A stretch of DNA of 64,000 bases. It comes from a virus (lineage: Duplodnaviria > Caudoviricetes). The translations under genes and the position numbers were made by a program. Position 1 is the stretch's first letter. Each line of letters opens with the position of its first letter. Below, piece by piece: positions 57,725 to 64,000 of this stretch. The notes below the pieces were generated by a model. The model was not told the DNA's origin and made no database searches. It worked only from the letters and a program-made list of their open reading frames with translations. The stretch lies in the IMG/VR virus record IMGVR_UViG_3300011116_001007; one strand, written 5' to 3'.

Positions 57725-58889
57725 AAAGTTGAGTGAGTAAAGTATTTAATCTATCCGTTTTTTTGCTTAAAAATAACTGTTGATTGTGCTCAATGTCAGC
57801 TCGACATTGCTCAAACATTTGTGGTAAGTAAGGCCTTGCTTGTTGTATTGATGCCAATAATTTTTGCCATCTTGCAGTGGAATTGGTTTCCAAATCGTAT
57901 GAATTGTCTAGCACATGGTCAAATGTTTTGTAACCCAACTCTCGTAAGGTTTGCAAACTGCCTGCACATCCGGCTATGAAAAACATCTGACCATGTTTGA
58001 TTGGTTTAAAAGTTTTTTCAGTTAAAAAAACGCCACCACTTTGATCAGCATCAAAGTGTGTTTCCACTATGATATTACAATAGCTATTGGTATGATAGTT
58101 AGGCTCAGTCTGGCTGTGATCATTGCGTTGTTGATTTGTTAATGCGTCGGCAAAGTAAGGTGCCTGTTCTAAGAATTGTTCAGTGGCTGACCGTAACTCC
58201 ATTAGTAAATCAATCTCGATGGGATTATCGTTGTCAAGACTACCAGTTTCGCAATAACTCCAGAGGCTGTTGTTCAACAGTGATTGCCGATGTAAGTCAG
58301 CCATTATAGTAGCCCGCCAACTTTTATGCAATCTAGTCAACACTGTAAAATCGTATGGTCTTGGATCATGATGTACAGCCAGTGCTGCCACGTTCAAATT
58401 GCGTTGGTAATACCACAGTTCAAAATCAGTAAAATACACAAACCCAGGAAGTTTTGCAGCAGCAGTATTGGCACTGACAAAACGATAACAGTCAGCAGGC
58501 ATAAGGTGATCTTCGGCCAACTGATCTAGTCGGTGTTTTATACGTTCGGGGTTGTCACCTTCGTGATAGCAAAACAAAATTTGTAACCGATCTTCACGAA
58601 GTTTTTTACGAATTTCTGGAGTCAACAGTGAAAAATAATCAATAGCAAAATCAAAAAAACCCAGTGCTATTGGATAGTAAGCATTGTCGGGCAACGGATC
58701 ATTGATGTTATAGATGTTGATCCTGACACCATGATAATCGCAGTATTCCTGCAATCTCAAAGGAATTGTGCAAGGATAATGCGATTCAAATTCTCGCCAT
58801 TCCTGGGTGTACGGTTGTGCCTGCCATGTTGCCAATGCAGGATATATTTTACCGTTAATTGTCTGATCCGCAACTAAGTTCAATTCCAT
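57711..58889 (-). CDS. Glycosyltransferase-like 'TEK..KP' family protein, paralogue 5
   Basis: Start reassigned to ATG 58889 (MELNLVAD); IIVETH...FLTEKTFKPIKHGQMFFIAG...LRELGYKTF..VLDNSYD. Confidence 0.55.
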   Translation of the reverse strand: MELNLVADQTINGKIYPALATWQAQPYTQEWREFESHYPCTIPLRLQEYCDYHGVRINIYNINDPLPDNAYYPIALGFFDFAIDYFSLLTPEIRKKLREDRLQILFCYHEGDNPERIKHRLDQLAEDHLMPADCYRFVSANTAAAKLPGFVYFTDFELWYYQRNLNVAALAVHHDPRPYDFTVLTRLHKSWRATIMADLHRQSLLNNSLWSYCETGSLDNDNPIEIDLLMELRSATEQFLEQAPYFADALTNQQRNDHSQTEPNYHTNSYCNIIVETHFDADQSGGVFLTEKTFKPIKHGQMFFIAGCAGSLQTLRELGYKTFDHVLDNSYDLETNSTARWQKLLASIQQARPYLPQMFEQCRADIEHNQQLFLSKKTDRLNTLLTQLYEHY

Positions 58890-59970
58890 CCAACATCTCC
58901 TGTAGCTCTTTCCACAACACAGCTTCAAATCCGCCATTGTAAAAATGATTCCAATTGTGTTCAATGACTTCTTGCGCCATGTCAAATAGATCTTGTTTGC
59001 CCTGTGTTGGCAATTCGTCTAGGCTGCGTAACAAGCTGGCAATGCGAGCAATACGATCTTGGTCGTCGGCTTGATCATAACTTTCGTCCCATATGTGTCC
59101 AAATGTACGGAATCCATAACTACGCAAATATTCGAGACTGCCCCGGGTGCCTACTATAACAAATGGCATGCCTAATGCAATAGGTTTGAATGTTTTTTCA
59201 GTTAGATGCCATCGTCGTCCAGTGGCAACAGTTTCGGTCACTAGATATAACAAACTTTCGGCAGACTCGTCAAACAGACTCAACCAGCAACTGTGCATGG
59301 GATGATCAGACTCGTTGGCAAAATTTATAGGCAATGATTGTGCAGAAAATACTTGTTCAATGTCTGGATACTTAGATTTCAATGGTGCTATTGCATCTAA
59401 AATGTCAATATTCTCTGCCGGACATGTTGCGGGGCAAGAAATATTGTTGTTGGTCATATTGTTTTTGAATATGTGATACAACATTTCTAACCGATGTTGT
59501 CGTTCTCCGGCTATGATACGATTGGGGGATATGAATGTTTTAGTGATCTTTCGTTGTTGAATTGGCTGAATCAAAAAAGTTTTGTTGTATCCGCGATACC
59601 AATCTAATGCAGCCCATCCATGGAAAAAATAGTAATAATTTTTCCATCCGTACCGGGCACACACTGTATCCACTGTATCACTATCACGCTCGCTGGTGCA
59701 GATGGCTCCGGCACTTGTCCACTTGTAATTAATATCGTTTGTATATTCTCTAACACGGTCGAATGTTGCGGTGTGTATGTTCAAATGAATAGGCTCTTGG
59801 TCAAAAAAGAATATATAATTGTGTTCGCGTATGTCGTTTCTGCCGTACGTGATCACACTGTCAGGATCACTTCTTCCAAATGGATCACATGCTAAAATGC
59901 GGGCGCCTGGACGATTATGTTTAATCCAAGGCCAAAAAGTATTATTATAAATCTCGTCTATTCTTATCAT
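58855..59970 (-). CDS. Glycosyltransferase-like 'TEK..KP' family protein, paralogue 6
   Basis: FISPNR..ERQHR; LVTET...LTEKTFKPIALGMPFVIVG...YLRSYGFRTFGHIWDESYD. Confidence 0.55.
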   Translation of the reverse strand: MIRIDEIYNNTFWPWIKHNRPGARILACDPFGRSDPDSVITYGRNDIREHNYIFFFDQEPIHLNIHTATFDRVREYTNDINYKWTSAGAICTSERDSDTVDTVCARYGWKNYYYFFHGWAALDWYRGYNKTFLIQPIQQRKITKTFISPNRIIAGERQHRLEMLYHIFKNNMTNNNISCPATCPAENIDILDAIAPLKSKYPDIEQVFSAQSLPINFANESDHPMHSCWLSLFDESAESLLYLVTETVATGRRWHLTEKTFKPIALGMPFVIVGTRGSLEYLRSYGFRTFGHIWDESYDQADDQDRIARIASLLRSLDELPTQGKQDLFDMAQEVIEHNWNHFYNGGFEAVLWKELQEMLDGIELSCGSDN

Positions 59971-62900
59971 GTTTGATGTATTTTATTCCGGAACCCGGCC
60001 CAATTTGTTTGCACACGAGCAGGCAGTGGAGTCTGTTGAGCAAGCACAGCAGATGAGCCGCACTCGTTTTTTCTGGTTTGTAAATTACTTATCTGACTAT
60101 ACTGGTTTTGATTTTCTTTGGGAACCTGTGCCTTGGCAGGCACATCAACGACATGCCTGGTTTGATCAATATCAGATTGATGCAGGTGTGTACCTTGTGC
60201 CCAAAGATGGATATACAGACACAAACTATCATGTTGATCACGTGATACACAGACTGCCCAACGTTGATTTTTGGCACATACCCAAATGGATTGATCCTGC
60301 TAGTATAAACTATAGATGGGCTCCTAATCCTACAGATCCTCCTTACATATACGAGTTTCCTGTAGAATGGGATTGGGATAGGGCAGGTGGTCCTGAATAT
60401 AGAATTCCGGGAGCAACAGAACGCAAGTACATGGATGTGTTTGTTACTCGTACACAGTCAGATCGACAAGACTGGCAAGTACACGACAATGTAGACTGCA
60501 ACGACCCGGTATTCAACTGGCATCCAAATCCATTTGATCCACCGATGATATATGTTTTTGGCAATCAACACTGGCCTGCAGAAATACGTGCCAGTGTAGA
60601 ATATCATGTGCCTGGTGCCACTGTAAAAAAATACATGGATAACATTCGAACTGTGCGATTGCCCAGCAAGGATCAGTTCACGTGTTTATATCCTTGTAAT
60701 TTTGATTGGTCGTGGGAACCAGACCCGGGCAGCCCGCCCTACATCTATGTGTTTGGCAATCAATGGTGGTCAGCTGAAAAAATGCCCACGGTAGAATATC
60801 ACATGCTTGGTGCAACAGAACGCAAGTATATGACTCAGCCTGCATGTTTATTGCCTGCATACGAAAATTGGGTCATCCCCAGCACAGTGGACTATAACAG
60901 CGTGGATTTTTCTTGGCAACCTGATCCAGGAGACACACCATACATCTATGAGTTTGCCACACAATGGCAACCCAATGGAGGTGCTGTGTATAATGTACCC
61001 GGTGCAACAGAACGCAAGTATGTGGACATACAGCACTGTAGATTGTCTGACACAATAAACTGGACAGTACCTGACTATGTCGACCCTGACAGTGTTGATT
61101 ACTCTTGGCACCCAGACAACACAGAACAACCATACATCTATGAGTTTGCCACACAATGGCAACCCAATGGAGGTGCTGTGTATAATGTACCCGGTGCAAC
61201 AGAACGCAAGTATGTGGACATACAGCACTGTAGATTGCCCAATAAATCTGCTTTTAAATTGCTGGAATACATTGACAAATTTGATTATTCGTGGCATCCG
61301 GACAACACAGAGCCAGCCTACAACTATGTGTTTGGCAATCAGCATTGGCCAGGCACAGACATGCCCACGGTCATGTATGAAATGTCTGGCAGCACTCATA
61401 AAAAATTTGTGGATAGTCCAGTTGCTCGGCTAGGCAGTTGTATGGGCAACTGGAGAATGTTTGAAGACATTGACGACGGTGTCTGGGATTGGACCTGGCA
61501 GCCAAACCCCCAGGATCCGCCTTACATTTATGCGTTTGGTAATCAATGGAATCCACCAGAGTACAAGGTCAGCATACAGTATGAAGTAGAGGGTGCTACT
61601 GAAATCAAGTACATGGATCAACGCACACGCAGACTTCCGCAGCCGCAATTATTTGGACATAATTTAGCAGTAAGTGAGTTTGATTATTCTTGGGAACCAA
61701 ATCCGTTTGATCCACCGATGATGTATGTGTTTGGCAACCAATGGAACTCGGCTGTGCTAGAACCCACAATAGTGTACAATGCTGGCGGCACTGAGATCAA
61801 GTACGTCGATGACATCATAGCCAAAGTAGCACAAGATATGAGTGCATGGGAATCATTGGATGACATTGAAGAATTTGATTACTCTTGGAGACCTGATCCT
61901 ACGGATCCTGCTTATATCTATGTGTTTGGTAATCAATGGCTTACCCCAGAACAACGCCCTGCACTAAGATACTGTGTAGCAAACGCAACAGAAATCAAAT
62001 ACATGGATCATCCGCGAGCAAAACGTCGTGGTGATCACACACGCTTTGTTCAACATTATCCTGTGGCATTTGATTGGTCGTGGGAACCCGAACCTGGTAG
62101 CCCACCTTATAATTATGTGTTTGGTAATCAGTACTACAGTGCAGAAGTCATGCCCACGGTTGAATACCGCATGAGCACAGCCACCGAACGCAAATACATG
62201 GATATCCCTGCACAGTTATTACCCAATCGTAGCGATCATTGGCACATGCTTGTTGACTGTGAATGGGACTATACTTGGAGACCTGAACCAGGAAGTCCAC
62301 CTTACATCTATGTGTTTGGCAATCAATGGTGGTCGTCTGAAAAGATGCCCACTATGGAGTATCACATGCCCGGTGCCACAGAACGCAAGTACATGTCCGC
62401 ACCTTTGGCAAACTTGTTGATTGACATGACCAATTGGCATGTGCCCGAACATGTTGATGTAACTGACATGGATTTTTCTTGGGTCCCAGACCCAGGCGAA
62501 CCTCCTTACATATACCAGTTTGCCACACAACATCAAAAGACTGGTGGACCGCAGTATCGAATGCCCAATGCAATTGAATTCAAGTATGTGGACATGATGC
62601 GAGCCGAAGTTAAAAAAGAAGCCGCACCTGTGTTTGAAATTGATCATTTAGATAACAATGCAGGCCAAATTCCCAACGTGATCAAGAAGATTCGTTATTT
62701 TGACAACTACCGTGATACCCTGATACGCTTGGCCAAAAGTCTGGTAGGTGAATACGAGCATGTGTGGGTATGTTCCAGTATTTGTGATTATACCAACTTT
62801 GACTTTTCGTGGCACCCAGAAATCTGGCAGAGCACCATGCTGCATGTGTTTGCTAGCGATGAACAGAAATTTGGTGACACGTTCTACATGCATGTGCCTA

Positions 62901-63949
62901 GCTTTGCTGAACGCGCCGAGAAGAAACAGTTATTGGAGTGGTACAGTGTAAACTACGTGTCGCGACGTCAGGTGCCACGCAGACGCATGCCTGTTATAGA
63001 ACACAATCATGACAGTCAACTTGAAGCAGTCAAGTCAATTGAATGGGCAGGCCCACTGGCATTGTTCACTACCAACGGTGAACCTATGACTATTCCAGCT
63101 GTGAATTTATGGCGCTCAGAAACCAAAACAGTAACACCACTGAGTCTGGGAGCAGGTGCAGTTGTCGTTCCAAAGTCTGCTGTACCATACATCAAAACAC
63201 AATTGTATGATTATCCATATATTGACAAAACACATCGTAACCATCAACAAGACCCACTGTCAGACGTGATTTTCATCAGTAACGGTGAAACCATGGCTGA
63301 TACAAATTGGAATCAATTACAGTCATTATGCCCAAGAGCCAAACACAGTAATGGTGTCAATGGTAGAGAAGCTGCATACAAAACAGCAGCAATGCTGAGC
63401 AACACTCCTTGGTTTTTTGCTGTGTTTGCCAAGACTGAGGTGTTACCAACATTCAAATTTGATTATCAACCCGATCGTATGCAACAACCCAAACACTATA
63501 TTTTTCACAGCAAAAATCCAGTCAACGGGTTAGAATACGGTGCTATGAATATCAACTTGTACAATCGACAGTTGGTATTAGATACTGCACCAGGCATTGA
63601 TTTTACATTGAGTGAAGCACACGAAGTAGTTCCTATCTGTGCTAGCATATCAAGATTCAATACTGATCCGTGGGTGACCTGGCGTAGTGCATTTAGAGAA
63701 GTTCTGAAACTACAACGAGAAGTTGATCTGGGTGCCGATGTAGAGATACAGTATCGCCTTAACATATGGCTTACAACAGCACAAGGTGAGAATGCCAATT
63801 GGTGTCTGCAAGGTGCTGCTGACGCACAAACTTACTACACCGCAGTCAACGGAGATTATGAAAAACTGTTATTGAGTTTTGATTGGGCTTGGTTGCAAGA
63901 CTATTACTATAGTTTGTACCACCAACGCCCTTGGTTAGAATCTGTCTAA
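59969..63949 (+). CDS. 1326-aa Trp/Pro/Tyr-rich repeat protein with C-terminal GT-A-like domain
   Basis: 12 conserved units of about 64 aa with consensus DxSWxPxPxxPPYIYxFxxQW...YxxxGATExKYxD; C-terminus aligns by eye to 38789-39712. Confidence 0.75.
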   Translation: MFDVFYSGTRPNLFAHEQAVESVEQAQQMSRTRFFWFVNYLSDYTGFDFLWEPVPWQAHQRHAWFDQYQIDAGVYLVPKDGYTDTNYHVDHVIHRLPNVDFWHIPKWIDPASINYRWAPNPTDPPYIYEFPVEWDWDRAGGPEYRIPGATERKYMDVFVTRTQSDRQDWQVHDNVDCNDPVFNWHPNPFDPPMIYVFGNQHWPAEIRASVEYHVPGATVKKYMDNIRTVRLPSKDQFTCLYPCNFDWSWEPDPGSPPYIYVFGNQWWSAEKMPTVEYHMLGATERKYMTQPACLLPAYENWVIPSTVDYNSVDFSWQPDPGDTPYIYEFATQWQPNGGAVYNVPGATERKYVDIQHCRLSDTINWTVPDYVDPDSVDYSWHPDNTEQPYIYEFATQWQPNGGAVYNVPGATERKYVDIQHCRLPNKSAFKLLEYIDKFDYSWHPDNTEPAYNYVFGNQHWPGTDMPTVMYEMSGSTHKKFVDSPVARLGSCMGNWRMFEDIDDGVWDWTWQPNPQDPPYIYAFGNQWNPPEYKVSIQYEVEGATEIKYMDQRTRRLPQPQLFGHNLAVSEFDYSWEPNPFDPPMMYVFGNQWNSAVLEPTIVYNAGGTEIKYVDDIIAKVAQDMSAWESLDDIEEFDYSWRPDPTDPAYIYVFGNQWLTPEQRPALRYCVANATEIKYMDHPRAKRRGDHTRFVQHYPVAFDWSWEPEPGSPPYNYVFGNQYYSAEVMPTVEYRMSTATERKYMDIPAQLLPNRSDHWHMLVDCEWDYTWRPEPGSPPYIYVFGNQWWSSEKMPTMEYHMPGATERKYMSAPLANLLIDMTNWHVPEHVDVTDMDFSWVPDPGEPPYIYQFATQHQKTGGPQYRMPNAIEFKYVDMMRAEVKKEAAPVFEIDHLDNNAGQIPNVIKKIRYFDNYRDTLIRLAKSLVGEYEHVWVCSSICDYTNFDFSWHPEIWQSTMLHVFASDEQKFGDTFYMHVPSFAERAEKKQLLEWYSVNYVSRRQVPRRRMPVIEHNHDSQLEAVKSIEWAGPLALFTTNGEPMTIPAVNLWRSETKTVTPLSLGAGAVVVPKSAVPYIKTQLYDYPYIDKTHRNHQQDPLSDVIFISNGETMADTNWNQLQSLCPRAKHSNGVNGREAAYKTAAMLSNTPWFFAVFAKTEVLPTFKFDYQPDRMQQPKHYIFHSKNPVNGLEYGAMNINLYNRQLVLDTAPGIDFTLSEAHEVVPICASISRFNTDPWVTWRSAFREVLKLQREVDLGADVEIQYRLNIWLTTAQGENANWCLQGAADAQTYYTAVNGDYEKLLLSFDWAWLQDYYYSLYHQRPWLESV
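60305..62593 (+). repeat. Array of 12 protein repeat units (about 64 aa period)
   Basis: Counted by eye in the translation, from INYRWAPNPTDPPYIYEF to MDFSWVPDPGEPPYIYQF...KYVD. Confidence 0.85.
60937..61237 (+). repeat. Identical 109-bp direct repeat, 192-bp period
   Basis: accatacatctatgagtttgccac...cagcactgtagattg at 60937-61045 and 61129-61237. Confidence 0.92.
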
Positions 63950-64000
63950 ATAAGGTTGTGACAGCAACCAATCAAGATATTCGGGAATACCTTGTTCAAT
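63935..64000 (-). CDS. 3' end of a convergent gene, possibly an NAD-dependent epimerase
   Basis: Minus strand reads IEQGIPEYLDWLLSQPYLDRF-stop, resembling SDR epimerase C-termini; only 21 aa visible. Confidence 0.4.
   Translation of the reverse strand: MEQGIPEYLDWLLSQPYLDRF

Noticed and set aside
57711-58985. ORF-track start at 58985
   Set aside because: It would overlap the upstream gene by 131 nt; the ATG at 58889 gives a 35-nt overlap like neighbouring genes. Track starts at 12171, 36588, 36854, 39706 and 51440 were moved for similar reasons.
56687-59970. Site-specific invertible segment
   Set aside because: No flanking inverted repeats found by eye and no recombinase in the window; boundaries lie inside overlapping coding sequence.
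60305-62593. Repeat pairs as a diversity-generating retroelement template/variable region
   Set aside because: The closest pair is identical, other differences are not adenine-specific, all copies lie in one ORF, and there is no reverse transcriptase in the window.
63947-63952. TAAATA after the 1326-aa gene as a late promoter
   Set aside because: It is formed by the stop codon and lies within a convergent minus-strand coding end; no plus-strand gene start is visible after it.
1-64000. Stop-codon reassignment (alternative genetic code)
   Set aside because: Recognisable genes, including the 5004-aa ORF, are full length under the standard code; no fragmented genes seen.

Overview
This window looks like a fragment of a large (jumbo-type) lytic myovirus genome with T4-like core genes; that assignment is inferred from gene content. 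It uses the standard genetic code, and genes are densely packed with frequent overlapping stop/start codons. There are three blocks. (1) 1-6016, minus strand: gp55-like late sigma factor, gp47, an AT-rich inserted gene, gp46, a radical SAM gene and a GIY-YIG nuclease cut by the window edge. (2) 6121-36556, plus strand: a baseplate/tail module with gp48/54-, gp53-, hub-, gp5-, gp25- and gp6-like genes, a 5004-aa giant wedge/fibre protein and tail fibres; several of these genes are preceded by TAAATA late-promoter-like motifs. (3) 36612-64000: a cluster of about 27 kb of tailoring enzymes. It holds five radical SAM enzymes with an N-terminal SPASM/Twitch-like domain, six paralogues of a glycosyltransferase-like 'TEK..KP' family, GT-A-like proteins, two SGNH-like proteins, an NDP-sugar epimerase, a NodU-type carbamoyltransferase with a 33-aa upstream peptide, two methyltransferases, an amidinotransferase and a 1326-aa Trp/Pro-rich repeat protein. 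Block 3 is the best candidate for an undescribed system: a phage-encoded pathway that heavily modifies a glycan or other surface/virion substrate. The substrate cannot be determined from sequence. No tRNA, rRNA, CRISPR array, integrase or reverse transcriptase was seen. All family assignments come from motif reading only; no database searches were run.
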